Source of the DNA: Myxococcota bacterium
Lineage (GTDB): Bacteria; Myxococcota_A; UBA9160; UBA4427
Length of the DNA stretch: 64,000 nucleotides
Assembly (NCBI GenBank): GCA_041690055.1
Contig: JBDNFB010000084.1
Span: 28,086-92,085, forward strand
Reading direction: 5' to 3'
Notes under the pieces: generated by a model
The model's input: the letters and a program-made list of their open reading frames with translations, nothing else
Told to the model about the DNA's origin: nothing
The model's database searches: none
Made by a program: the position numbers and the translations under genes
Part shown: piece by piece, positions 18,648 to 28,258 of the stretch
Layout: the number at the start of each line of letters is the position of its first letter
Position numbering within the stretch: the stretch's first letter is position 1

Positions 18648-18695
18648 CGCGACCCTCCTGACACCCAGCACCCGCAAGTGTCATAGGGGGTCGCG
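18648..18695. terminator. extended two-tier inverted repeat between convergent genes (possible terminator)
   Basis: CGCGACCC (18648-55) pairs with GGGTCGCG (18688-95), and the inner TGACAC (18659-64) pairs with GTGTCA (18678-83). There is no clear U-run. It overlaps the stop codon of the MBL gene. Confidence 0.25.
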
Positions 18696-20081
18696 CACGG
18701 GCTTTCCCACCAAGAGCACACGCGACTCGCGCAAATCCGCCTCAAGCAGCCCGATCTCGCTGTAATTCGAAAGCCCCGCCTTCGCCCCTTCGAGCAGCTT
18801 TTCGACCGCGGCGATGCGTGCCTCAAGCACGCTCCGCGTCTCATTCCCCTTGGCGACGTCGAGGAGCCGAAGTGCCTCAAGCGGCTTGCCCTTCGTGAGA
18901 TAAAGGCGCGCACGCTCCGCGAGGGCATCCGCACCTCCGGCGAGTTCGACCAAGTCACCGTTCACCGCCGTGGGCGGCACATGGTAAAGGTTGGCGACCG
19001 TATCGTAGTAGTACCAACCGGCGATGATCTCCCAGGTCGCGCGAACCGACCACGACACCTTGCCATGCCCTTGGCTAAGTTCGAGATGAGGGGGGAGTTG
19101 AATATCTCGCATCAACTCCCAAACCGTCTTGCCGGAATTCATGCCCGCAAGCGTTTCGTTCCACATGTACTGAACGGCGTCTCGCATCTTCTTAACGCTC
19201 GCCTGGATATAGGCTTCGCCTTCGACGACCCGGAAATGCGAATGCGCAATCACCTTCGGTCGCAGAGATAGAACTAGATCGAGCGCATCGATATAGTCGA
19301 GCGGGTCCCGATATTTCTCGCCGCGCACGGTGTAGAGATTCGGGAACATCGGATAGAGCGTGCCGAACAGATCCCCCGTGAAGAGGATCCGCGACTCGGG
19401 CAGCCATAACAGGATGCCGTCTTCTCCCTCGCCGCCGTTTTCGGGCGCGATGACGACGAATTTCACGCCGCCCATTTCGAATGCGTAGTCTGCGCCCGGA
19501 TAGACCTCGCGCGTGGGCTTCATATTCCAGTAGGGCCTCGGCGCTTCGGGGGCGAGGCTCACGCGATCAGGGTAGAGCACGTGGTAGCGCTTCTTGAAAT
19601 AGGGGAGCGCTTCGTCCTGAAGGCGAGCCATATAGCTGTAGCGATGATGTTCGATGAACTCGGTGCCCGCGGCAATCTCTTTTTTCCAGGTCGGCAGTCC
19701 GCCTGAATGATCTCCGTGCGCGTGGGTCACGATGATCTTGCGAATGGGCCCGGTCGCCGTCTCGAGAATCGCCTTTCGCTGCTCCGCGAGCTGGCCGTAG
19801 GGAGCGCCTGTGTCGACAAGGACTGAGCCCTCGCTGGTATTGATCAGGAAAAGCGCGCCTTCGCCTTCAATCTTGAAGACAAAATCGTTGATCGGTTTCA
19901 CCGAAACCGGAATCGACTGCAGATCGTCGACGCGAACATCGACATCGGTCTCTACCTCGATCTTGGTCTCGGCCTCACTGGCGCCTGCGGCCTCGGGCGA
20001 ATGCAAGGCTGCGCCAAGAAACGACACAGTCGCGACGAGCAAGAGCGAAAGAAGGGCAATGATTCGACAAGCGATCCGCAT
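18681..20081 (-). CDS. MBL-fold metallohydrolase, alkyl/aryl-sulfatase-like, lacking an SCP2 domain
   Basis: 466 aa with a signal peptide. It carries the THAHGDHSGG (HxHxDH) motif and a C-terminal helical region resembling the alkyl-sulfatase dimerisation domain. Confidence 0.75.
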   Translation of the reverse strand: MRIACRIIALLSLLLVATVSFLGAALHSPEAAGASEAETKIEVETDVDVRVDDLQSIPVSVKPINDFVFKIEGEGALFLINTSEGSVLVDTGAPYGQLAEQRKAILETATGPIRKIIVTHAHGDHSGGLPTWKKEIAAGTEFIEHHRYSYMARLQDEALPYFKKRYHVLYPDRVSLAPEAPRPYWNMKPTREVYPGADYAFEMGGVKFVVIAPENGGEGEDGILLWLPESRILFTGDLFGTLYPMFPNLYTVRGEKYRDPLDYIDALDLVLSLRPKVIAHSHFRVVEGEAYIQASVKKMRDAVQYMWNETLAGMNSGKTVWELMRDIQLPPHLELSQGHGKVSWSVRATWEIIAGWYYYDTVANLYHVPPTAVNGDLVELAGGADALAERARLYLTKGKPLEALRLLDVAKGNETRSVLEARIAAVEKLLEGAKAGLSNYSEIGLLEADLRESRVLLVGKPVRDPL

Positions 20082-20224
20082 GGGGTCTCTCCCTGAACTT
20101 GAAAATAGCGATTGGAGCCAAGAGAAGCGTAGCGCCTATACCTCCGTCTATGCTCTAGGTTCCGGAGCCCGCCAAAGCCTCAGCGCGGGCGAGCTGGACA
20201 TCGAAAAACGCCCAAGGAGATCTC

Positions 20225-21574
20225 TTGTCGCAAGCTCAACCGATTCCGAATCGTGTGTTATTCGGATACGGACTCGCCGGAGCCCCTGGGATCTACACCT
20301 ACGTACTCATACTCATTATGTACATGAAGTACGCCGCTGTCTCGCTGGGCGCCTCTACGGCTGCTGTCGGTACGGTTTTTCTAGTAGCTAAGCTTTGGGA
20401 TGCCGTTTCTGATCCGCTGATTGGAAACGCCAGCGACCGCACAACGCATCGCCTAGGCCGAAGGCGCCCATGGCTGCTTGCGTCCGCCCCGCTTCTGGCG
20501 CTGTTCAGCATGATGGCTTGGATGCCACCAGAAAGCCTCGAAGGCAGCGCGCAGATTGCCTGGATCGCCGTCTCCGTTGTCGGCTTCTATACCGCTTACA
20601 CGATGTTCGACATCCCGCATATGGCGCTAGGGTCAGAAATCAGCCTCGACGCGATCGGCCGAAATCGCATCTTCGGTGTTCGACAGATTATGCGGGTGCT
20701 CGGCATGCTGATTGCCGCGACCGGAGGCGTCTACCTGGTTGAGCAAGGCCGCTCCACCGCGGCGCTCATGGCCGTTGCGATCGCGGTCATCACGATCGCC
20801 ATGATCTTCTTCGGTGTTTCTTTCCTCCCCAAGGAGCGGCCCGAATTCATGGGACGTGGAGGCGAGAATCCAATTCGCGCTCTGCGAGACGTCGCAGGCA
20901 ATCCTCACGCGCGCCTCTTTCTCTTCGTGATCTTCATCGATGCCATCGGCACGGGCGGTATCGGGGCCATGACGCCTTTCGTCATCCACTACGTCGTCGG
21001 CATGAAAGAACTTACGCCGATTCTCCTCGGCTTGAATATGCTCGCCACTCTCGCGGGCGTCCCCCTCTGGCTTCGCCTCGATCGCTATTTCGAGAAGCGA
21101 AGGCTCATTCTCTACGCAATGTTCGGCAGCATGATTGGGTACGGACTCACACTGTTCGTCGGTGAAGGCGATTGGCACATCATTGCCATCTCCTCAGTGC
21201 TCGCCGGCCTCGCCTCTTCGTGCTCCAACACACTCGGCTATACGCTGAAAAGTGAGATTATCGACTGCGACGAATTGGATACGGGGGAACGGAAGGAAGG
21301 CGCCTATTTCGCAGGTTGGAGCTTCGTGAGTAAGTTCGGCGCGGGAATCATGATCGGCGCGGTCGGATGGGCGCTCGAATGGTCTGGCTTTGACGGCAGC
21401 GTCCAGGAACAAAGCGACCTTGCCAAGCGCACGATGATCATCCTGATGGGCGGCTTTCCCTTGGTCTGCTATTTCATCGGGGCCATCGTATTCTCCCGCT
21501 TCAGCCTGACAGAAGCCCAGCATGCTCAGGTTCGCCAAGAACTAGACGCGCGTATGGATGCCGACGCTGACTAA
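20225..21574 (+). CDS. MFS transporter, glycoside-pentoside-hexuronide (GPH):cation symporter family
   Basis: 449 aa with about 12 TM segments. The GPH signature is DPLIGNASDRTTHRLGRRRPWLL. The TTG start is preceded by AGGAG. Confidence 0.9.
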   Translation: MSQAQPIPNRVLFGYGLAGAPGIYTYVLILIMYMKYAAVSLGASTAAVGTVFLVAKLWDAVSDPLIGNASDRTTHRLGRRRPWLLASAPLLALFSMMAWMPPESLEGSAQIAWIAVSVVGFYTAYTMFDIPHMALGSEISLDAIGRNRIFGVRQIMRVLGMLIAATGGVYLVEQGRSTAALMAVAIAVITIAMIFFGVSFLPKERPEFMGRGGENPIRALRDVAGNPHARLFLFVIFIDAIGTGGIGAMTPFVIHYVVGMKELTPILLGLNMLATLAGVPLWLRLDRYFEKRRLILYAMFGSMIGYGLTLFVGEGDWHIIAISSVLAGLASSCSNTLGYTLKSEIIDCDELDTGERKEGAYFAGWSFVSKFGAGIMIGAVGWALEWSGFDGSVQEQSDLAKRTMIILMGGFPLVCYFIGAIVFSRFSLTEAQHAQVRQELDARMDADAD

Positions 21575-21634
21575 ATCCAAGCGCTTTATAAAGCACCGCC
21601 CTAAGCACCGCCTACGCAAAGGATCCCCCCAGAC

Positions 21635-23227
21635 ATGACCGCAGCAGACGCGCCCGCGCCCCTCGACTTTTACCCCGGCCACTGGGCCGCAGAGACACCT
21701 GATAAGCCCGCGATCATCATGGCCGAGTCCGGCGAGACGGTGACCTACGCTGAACTCGACGAGGCTGCGAATCGCCTTTCTCAGCTCTTCCACGCCGCAG
21801 GACTGCGCCCCGGCGATCACATCGCCTTCTGCATGGAGAATCGTGCAGAATTCCTGCCGATAATCTGGGGCGCACATTACGCAGGCCTCTACTACACCGC
21901 CATCAGCTCTCGCCTGACGACCGAAGAACTCGCCTACATCATCGAGGACAGCGGCAGTCGCGCGTTCCTCTCAAGCCCGTACATGGCCGAATCCGTCGCC
22001 GGCTTATCCGGCTCGGACCGCGGCGACGTGCTCGACAAGCTCGACATTCGGCTGAGTGTTGGAGGAGACCTTCCCGGCTTCGATCGCTATGAAGAGGAAA
22101 TCGCCAAGCATACGGCTGCGCCGCTGGCAGACCGCGTCGAAGCGATGCCGATGCTCTACTCCTCGGGCACGACGGGTCGTCCGAAAGGCGTGAAGCCTTC
22201 TATGCCGGGCACGCCGCTGGGTTCGGGCGAAGGCCTAACGAATATGATCCGCTTCCTCTTTGGCGGGAATAGCGACTCGGTCTACCTCTCCCCTGCACCG
22301 CTCTACCACGCGGCGCCGCTGCGCTATTGCATGAATTTCCACCGTGTCGGTGCGACGCTTATCCTGATGGAAAAATTCGATGCCGAGGGCGCGCTCGAGC
22401 AGATCGCCAAGCGTCGCGTGACCCATAGCCAATGGGTGCCAACGATGTTTGTCCGCATGCTGAAGCTCGATGAAGCCAAGCGGAAAGCCTACGACACGAG
22501 CAGTCTTCAGTTTGCCGTGCATGCTGCGGCGCCCTGTCCGATCGGCGTCAAAGAACAAATGCTCGACTGGTGGGGTCCCGTGGTTCACGAATACTACGCA
22601 GGTACGGAAGGCAACGGCTTCTGTTATGCGTCGCCCCCGGACTGGCTCGCCCATAAAGGCACCGTCGGAAAATGCCTCACCGGCGAACTGCATATCCTCG
22701 ACGACGACAACAACGAAGTTCCGATCGGTCAGGAAGGCGCCATCTATTTCGGCGGCAGCGAACAAGCATTCGAGTACCACAACGATCCCGAAAAAACGGA
22801 AGCTGGCCGCCTCGCGAACGGCTGGAGCACACTCGGCGATATCGGGCGCATCGACGAAGACGGCTTTCTCTACCTGACCGACCGCAAGGCCAACATGATC
22901 ATCAGCGGCGGCGTCAATATTTACCCGCAGGAAGCCGAGAACGTGCTCACGATGCACCCCAAGGTGCAAGATGTCGCGGTCTTCGGCGTCCCGAACACGG
23001 ATTTCGGCGAAGAGGTTAAGGCGGTCGTCCAACCGGTCGATTCAAAGGAAGCCGGTGAATCGCTCGAGCGCGAACTGATCGCGTATTGCCGCGAACACCT
23101 GGCCGACGTGAAGTGTCCAAGGTCCATCGACTTTAGAGAGGAACTGCCGCGGCATCCGACCGGCAAGCTCTACAAGCGGCTCCTCAAGGACGAGTACTGG
23201 AAGGGCCACGACACGCGACTGCTCTAG
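21635..23227 (+). CDS. acyl-CoA synthetase (AMP-binding / ANL superfamily)
   Basis: 530 aa with the AMP-binding motif LYSSGTTGRPKGV, the YYAGTEG and GDIG..DEDGFLY..DR blocks, and a C-terminal PTGKLYKR. Confidence 0.9.
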   Translation: MTAADAPAPLDFYPGHWAAETPDKPAIIMAESGETVTYAELDEAANRLSQLFHAAGLRPGDHIAFCMENRAEFLPIIWGAHYAGLYYTAISSRLTTEELAYIIEDSGSRAFLSSPYMAESVAGLSGSDRGDVLDKLDIRLSVGGDLPGFDRYEEEIAKHTAAPLADRVEAMPMLYSSGTTGRPKGVKPSMPGTPLGSGEGLTNMIRFLFGGNSDSVYLSPAPLYHAAPLRYCMNFHRVGATLILMEKFDAEGALEQIAKRRVTHSQWVPTMFVRMLKLDEAKRKAYDTSSLQFAVHAAAPCPIGVKEQMLDWWGPVVHEYYAGTEGNGFCYASPPDWLAHKGTVGKCLTGELHILDDDNNEVPIGQEGAIYFGGSEQAFEYHNDPEKTEAGRLANGWSTLGDIGRIDEDGFLYLTDRKANMIISGGVNIYPQEAENVLTMHPKVQDVAVFGVPNTDFGEEVKAVVQPVDSKEAGESLERELIAYCREHLADVKCPRSIDFREELPRHPTGKLYKRLLKDEYWKGHDTRLL

Positions 23228-23256
23228 ACGGGCGGCGCTTCCAAAGAGAACGAACC

Positions 23257-24534
23257 ATGCAGCCCACATTTTCGAGAAGACGTTTTCTGTACCAAAGCCT
23301 CACGGCTTTCGGCACGGTCATTTTCGCGAACGGCTGCTCGCGCTCTTCATCAGATCCCGCACCACCTAACAATTTCACGGACGACACGGACGCGCTGAAA
23401 GCGGCGGACGGGTCGAAAGCGGCAGACGCGACAAAAGCCATCCCCGGCGTTCAAGGCGCTCAAGGCGCAGACGCCTTCGGGCCGCTCCAGCCACCCGACG
23501 CCAACCAACTTCGCCTCCCAACGGGCTTCAGCTCCCGTTTGGTGGCGACGACAGGACGCTCCGTGGGACACACGGAGCATCTATGGCACGCAGAACCGGA
23601 CGGGGGCGCCACGTTCGCTGCCCCAGACGGCGGCTGGGTCTATGTCTCCAATGCGGAAGTGCCTCGCTCGGGCGGAGGCGTCGGCGCGATTCGTTTCGAT
23701 GCGGACGGCACGATCGTCGATGCGTATTCGATCTTAAAGGGAACGACGCGAAACTGTGCCGGGGGGCGTACGCCTTGGCAAACTTGGCTTTCCTGCGAAG
23801 AGACGCAGGACGGTCGCGTTTGGGAATGCGACCCCTTCGCGCCGGGCTCCCAGGGAATCCCTCGCCCCGCGATGGGCGTCTTCAATCATGAGGCCGCAGC
23901 GGTCGATGGCACAGGTCAAGCGATCTACCTGACGGAGGATGAGCCGGATGGGCGGCTCTACCGATTTCGCCCGGCGAGCTATCCAAAGCTCGAAGGCGGC
24001 GTTCTTGAAGCGGCGGAGATTTTGGATCCCGAAGCGCGCGGTCCGATCGAGCCAGGCGAATCGCGCGAGCTCCGCTGGCATCCCGTCGCCGATCCAAGCG
24101 CACGAAATCTTGCGACCCGCTACCAGGCCCCGAAGGCCACCGACTTCGCGGGCGGCGAAGGTGCATGGCTGAACGCGGGCCAGATCTACTTTGCTACGAA
24201 GGGGGATAATCGTGTCTGGCAGATCGACACTCGGTCAGACCGAATCTCGATCGTCTACGACTACGCGACCTCGGAGGTCAAGGCGCTGCACGGAGTAGAT
24301 AACGTATTCGCTTCGCCGGCCGGCGACGTGCTCGTCGCCGAAGATGGGGGCGACTTCGAGATCGTCGCGCTCACACCTTCTGGCCAGGTCAAACCGATCG
24401 TTCAAATGGTCGGACAAGACTCCTCGTCCGAAGTGACCGGCCCCGCTCTCTCGCCCGATGGCACTCGACTCTATTTCAGCAGCCAGTCCGGGCCCGGGCG
24501 AACGTATGAAGTAACGGGACCGTTTATTGGCTAA
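23257..24534 (+). CDS. PhoX-like / DUF839 beta-propeller protein with a Tat signal
   Basis: 425 aa with the twin-arginine motif SRRRFLYQSL. The motifs EDEPDGRLYRF and VLVAEDGG are as I recall for DUF839/PhoX proteins. Confidence 0.7.
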   Translation: MQPTFSRRRFLYQSLTAFGTVIFANGCSRSSSDPAPPNNFTDDTDALKAADGSKAADATKAIPGVQGAQGADAFGPLQPPDANQLRLPTGFSSRLVATTGRSVGHTEHLWHAEPDGGATFAAPDGGWVYVSNAEVPRSGGGVGAIRFDADGTIVDAYSILKGTTRNCAGGRTPWQTWLSCEETQDGRVWECDPFAPGSQGIPRPAMGVFNHEAAAVDGTGQAIYLTEDEPDGRLYRFRPASYPKLEGGVLEAAEILDPEARGPIEPGESRELRWHPVADPSARNLATRYQAPKATDFAGGEGAWLNAGQIYFATKGDNRVWQIDTRSDRISIVYDYATSEVKALHGVDNVFASPAGDVLVAEDGGDFEIVALTPSGQVKPIVQMVGQDSSSEVTGPALSPDGTRLYFSSQSGPGRTYEVTGPFIG

Positions 24535-24552
24535 TGCCTCGGTAAGGCTGCG

Positions 24553-25071
24553 CTAAGGCGCGAAGCTAGATCGTCCTTTTATTCCCCAGCCGTTCTCTTC
24601 CCGCGTCATGATGTAGAGCGAGTCGTACGCTGTAATCACGCTGTCATCTTGGCGACGCCGTTCAAAACGCGTCACCACATGCACCTTTTGGCCATCTCCC
24701 TGGACAATGTCTCGCCGGGTCCACTCGCTTTTGTGCCAATCCGGTTCGAGGACCGAACGCAGATGTACCCGACGCTCCGCTTCCGGCACGTTGGAGAGTG
24801 GGGTCACGTCTCGTGCAGTCTCCCAAATTGTGATCTCGCCGCTGGCATGCCGGTAGTGAGGGAAGTGATAGGTCGCGAGATGGCCTTCGAGGTCGAGGGC
24901 GTTGAGCGCATCCATATAGCGGTCTAAGACAGCCATGATCTCCGCGTCTCGCGCCGCGAAACTCGGCGAAGACTCCGGTGCAGACTGGGGTGCCGGCACC
25001 GACGTGGCGCACGCCGATGCGATCATTCCAGTCAAGGCAAGGGCAAGGGTCAGTCCAATGGTTCGACGCAC
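24553..25071 (-). CDS. putative lipoprotein, NTF2/SnoaL-like fold
   Basis: The ORF opens at 25119. I chose the GTG at 25071, which is preceded by an AAGGAA Shine-Dalgarno. This gives VRRTIGLTLALALTGMIASAC, a signal peptide with a candidate lipobox Cys. The mature part is about 150 aa of alpha+beta-like sequence. Confidence 0.55.
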   Translation of the reverse strand: MRRTIGLTLALALTGMIASACATSVPAPQSAPESSPSFAARDAEIMAVLDRYMDALNALDLEGHLATYHFPHYRHASGEITIWETARDVTPLSNVPEAERRVHLRSVLEPDWHKSEWTRRDIVQGDGQKVHVVTRFERRRQDDSVITAYDSLYIMTREENGWGIKGRSSFAP

Positions 25072-25232
25072 GTCTATTTCCTTTTTTTGATCTCGGCGGC
25101 GCCTGTACAAACCAAGCAATGCCGCGAGTGTCGGGCTGAAAGCCTTCCGGAGTCCAATCCCGGCTTGATGCTACGCCGGATCAGTCTACCGTTTCTACGA
25201 ACTGGACCCGCACCCGCCATTCGGAGAATTGC

Positions 25233-26471
25233 ATGCCCACTCTGCACCGATCACAAGCTGCCTGGAACGACTTCGCAGACGCCCTCAAACGCATCGGTGA
25301 AAAGATCACCGCACCGACCGGCGCACGCGGCGAACGAGAACGTGCCGAGGGCTATCGGTACCTGGTTCGGCTGATCTCTGCGGCCCATGATCTCGAAATG
25401 GAAGCCGACCGAACGATCCCGGACCTGCGCCGCATGATGACGCCCATCCGTAAATTCAAGGGCGACGGAAACGACACGATCTACCGCGAAGCCAAGCTCG
25501 ACGAAAATCTCGTATACAAAATGTCGATTCGGCGCGGCGACGACCTCTTCTATTCCGCAACCGTCTATGCCTACGACAAAGAAGACACTTACTACATCGT
25601 CGACCATCTCATCGACAACGACTTGGTTTGGGACAATGTGTTTGGCCAGCAGATCGCTGAAGTCTACTTGAGCGAGAAGCGCCCCGAAGACGCCCGCAAC
25701 TGGATCGAACTCAAAGGTAAGCGGCCGATTCTCTTCACCCGTGAATACTTCGACGAGTTCGCCCACTCGGTGGACGAAGGCCGCTTTCGATCCGCCGTCA
25801 TGAACATCGAGTGCCTGAGCGAAGTCCCACAGCGCCCACACTACGACGAAGAGCAACTTGAAGTCGGCCTACAACGCGTGATCGACTTCGTCGAAGACGC
25901 AACCGACGTCTCTCTTGGCCTGTCTATCTTCATCGGTCTCAACCGCATCGAGTACGACGGCAAAGGCGACGCCAACGGCGGCGAACGCAAGGGCTCCATG
26001 ACGCGCATCGAGGAAGGCGAGCTGATCCTCGACGATGACTCTTCACAGGAGTACACGCCCGAGGAACTCGCGGCGATGATCGACCCCAAGCTGATCAAGA
26101 ACAATCTGCCGGGCCCCGGCATCCAGTACATCGGCGGCACTTTCAAGCTGGCCCCCGACGAAGTGATCGCTGTCGAAGGCAAAGATGTGCCCTGCCGCTA
26201 CTGGAATCTCCAGATCCTCACCCGCTATCTCGAGAGCGGCGACTACCGCCACCACAAGGTCGGCATTCAAGGACGCGACGTCGTCAAGGACGCGGACGAC
26301 AGCTTCCGTATCTACGCGGCTGACGGCGATCCCGGCACGAAGAACTGGATCAGTACGCAAGGCTACGCCAACGGCCAGATCCTAGTCCGAACGCTGCTAG
26401 CCGAGCCGCTCATGGAAGCCACCTTCAAGGTCATCAAGGCGAGCGACATCCCCGCCAAGGATCGGCGCTAA
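25233..26471 (+). CDS. conserved hypothetical protein, DUF1214-like
   Basis: 412 aa with a GGAG Shine-Dalgarno. The segment CRYWNLQILTRY resembles the YWS(L/I)T.Y motif of DUF1214. The family call is tentative. Confidence 0.5.
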   Translation: MPTLHRSQAAWNDFADALKRIGEKITAPTGARGERERAEGYRYLVRLISAAHDLEMEADRTIPDLRRMMTPIRKFKGDGNDTIYREAKLDENLVYKMSIRRGDDLFYSATVYAYDKEDTYYIVDHLIDNDLVWDNVFGQQIAEVYLSEKRPEDARNWIELKGKRPILFTREYFDEFAHSVDEGRFRSAVMNIECLSEVPQRPHYDEEQLEVGLQRVIDFVEDATDVSLGLSIFIGLNRIEYDGKGDANGGERKGSMTRIEEGELILDDDSSQEYTPEELAAMIDPKLIKNNLPGPGIQYIGGTFKLAPDEVIAVEGKDVPCRYWNLQILTRYLESGDYRHHKVGIQGRDVVKDADDSFRIYAADGDPGTKNWISTQGYANGQILVRTLLAEPLMEATFKVIKASDIPAKDRR

Positions 26472-26476
26472 TTCCG

Positions 26477-26512
26477 TCGTTATTCGCCTCGTTATTTGCA
26501 TCGTTATTCGTG
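26477..26512. repeat. 12-bp tandem repeat x3 (TCGTTATTCGCC-like), intergenic
   Basis: The units are tcgttattcgcc, tcgttatttgca and tcgttattcgtg, immediately after the stop of the 25233..26471 gene. Confidence 0.8.
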
Positions 26513-26518
26513 CTGCTG

Positions 26519-26550
26519 GCCGCGGCTCTCGTAGCGTGACTAGCCGCGGC
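26519..26550. terminator. perfect 9-bp stem hairpin between convergent genes (candidate bidirectional terminator)
   Basis: GCCGCGGCT (26519-27) pairs with AGCCGCGGC (26542-50) across a 14-nt loop. Only a short TT follows. Confidence 0.3.
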
Positions 26551-26560
26551 TTCAGCCGCG

Positions 26561-26974
26561 CTATGAGTCGCGACGGCGAAAAAGCGGGAGCGTGATTTCG
26601 GGGGATCGTTTCTCGAAGACAACTTCGAGAGGCATGCCGATCTCCACCTCTTCGGGCGCGATATCTTGAAGATTTGAAAGCATATACCAGCCCTCTTCAA
26701 GTTCGATGACGGCGACGATATAGGGCACATTAAAGGACGGCTGCTGCGGGCGATGCACGACCGTATAGCTGTAGAGCTCTCCGCGTCCCGAGCTATCGAC
26801 CCATTCAAGACTCTCGCCTAGACAATTCGAACAACAGGGCGCCGGAATGAAAATGTACGCATTGCAGTCCGCGCATTTTTGGACACGCAGCTTGCCTTCC
26901 TTGCAGCCATCCCAATGCGGCTTCGAAAGCGGCGTCGGGTGTGGCAGCGGCATTTCGAGCTTGGCTCCGCTCAT
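26561..26974 (-). CDS. Zn-ribbon OB-fold protein (DUF35)
   Basis: 137 aa. It has four Cys (CADC...CCSNC) ahead of an OB-fold segment. It overlaps the upstream thiolase-like gene by 4 nt, which is the classic pairing. Confidence 0.85.
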   Translation of the reverse strand: MSGAKLEMPLPHPTPLSKPHWDGCKEGKLRVQKCADCNAYIFIPAPCCSNCLGESLEWVDSSGRGELYSYTVVHRPQQPSFNVPYIVAVIELEEGWYMLSNLQDIAPEEVEIGMPLEVVFEKRSPEITLPLFRRRDS

Positions 26975-28146
26975 GATGCGGGCTCCTTTCCGAGCGCCAT
27001 GACATCGCAGAAGAGCGCCCCCGACCCTCCATTCGTGGCGAGGGCTACGTTGGATTGCGGCAAGGTCAGTTCGGGCGGCATGTCGCCGCGCATCTGCAAG
27101 ACGGCGCTAATCGGCTTCTGGATCAGCTGAACAACGCCGGCATGGCTGTACGAGAGAATTCCGCCATTCGTTGCGATCGGCAGTTCACCATCGATTCGAA
27201 TCCGACCGTCCATCACGAAATCCCCGCCCTCCCCTTCACCGCAAAATCCGAACGCTTCAAGCTGTCGAATAATTTCGAAAGAGAAAGGATCGTAGAGCTC
27301 GGCGAAATCGACGTCCTTATGTGTGAGGCCACTCTGTTCGAAAGTGATCTCCGCCGCGCGCCGGCCGACCCAGCCATACCGATCCCAGACCGGCGATGTG
27401 ACGTAAGACATACCTTGCCGGTCGAGCGAGCCGCCCAGGATATAGATCGGCGTCACGTCCATATCCTTGGCGCGCTCGACCGAAGTCAAGATAAGCGCCG
27501 CTCCGCCCTCCGAATTGATGCAGCAATCGAGTAGACGGAAGGGATCCGCCACCATACGCGACTGTTCAACCATCGCCGGTGAGACTTCCTTGCCGTACAT
27601 CACGGCCTCGGGATTCTTCGCACCGTTCATGCGAATCGCTGAGGCGACTTCCGAGAGCGCCTCGCGTTTCGTGCCGTAGAGATGCATATGTCGCTGCGCC
27701 ATCAAAGCGAATTCCGCAGCGGTATACAGGCCCCAGCATTCGACGAACTCGTTCTCGGGACGCGTCCAGGAAACGGTCGATTCGCGATTCGTATACTCGC
27801 CGCATTGAGCGGTCGCGATCATCGCCGTGTGACACTGCCCCGTGGCGATGGCTGCTGCCGCCTCGAGGATCGCCTCGATCCCGGGATGCGCCCCGCCGGT
27901 CCAATGCGGGCGACCCCCAAACCACTGCGCCGCCGTGCGCGAATTCATCTTAGAGACCCAGCTCGAGACATTTAGCCCGTCGACATCCTCGGGCTGAAGG
28001 TGAGCATCGCGGAGCGCGCCGCGAATCGCATCGAGAAGCAGCCCATTCTCCGTCCAATCCGGAAGTTGCTTCGCCTGCACCGTGTTGTATGCGCCGACAA
28101 TCGCGACGCCCTGAAATGGATTCTTCATCCCTTGATGTTGGCACAT
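26971..28146 (-). CDS. thiolase-like protein (SCP-x / lipid-transfer type)
   Basis: 391 aa with a thiolase fold pattern (GVAIVGAYNT..., C-terminal NGGSGALF). It partners with DUF35. The start could instead be the ATG at 28128. Confidence 0.8.
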   Translation of the reverse strand: MCQHQGMKNPFQGVAIVGAYNTVQAKQLPDWTENGLLLDAIRGALRDAHLQPEDVDGLNVSSWVSKMNSRTAAQWFGGRPHWTGGAHPGIEAILEAAAAIATGQCHTAMIATAQCGEYTNRESTVSWTRPENEFVECWGLYTAAEFALMAQRHMHLYGTKREALSEVASAIRMNGAKNPEAVMYGKEVSPAMVEQSRMVADPFRLLDCCINSEGGAALILTSVERAKDMDVTPIYILGGSLDRQGMSYVTSPVWDRYGWVGRRAAEITFEQSGLTHKDVDFAELYDPFSFEIIRQLEAFGFCGEGEGGDFVMDGRIRIDGELPIATNGGILSYSHAGVVQLIQKPISAVLQMRGDMPPELTLPQSNVALATNGGSGALFCDVMALGKEPAS

Positions 28147-28258
28147 CCGCCACGCCGCTTCCGCGCCTAAAGCTCGGTTAAGGTCGGGCCAAAGACTCAG
28201 CCGAAAACCCGCGTAAGTCCCCCGCCTAGAGCGGCTACCGAACCAATTCAGGCTCGGC

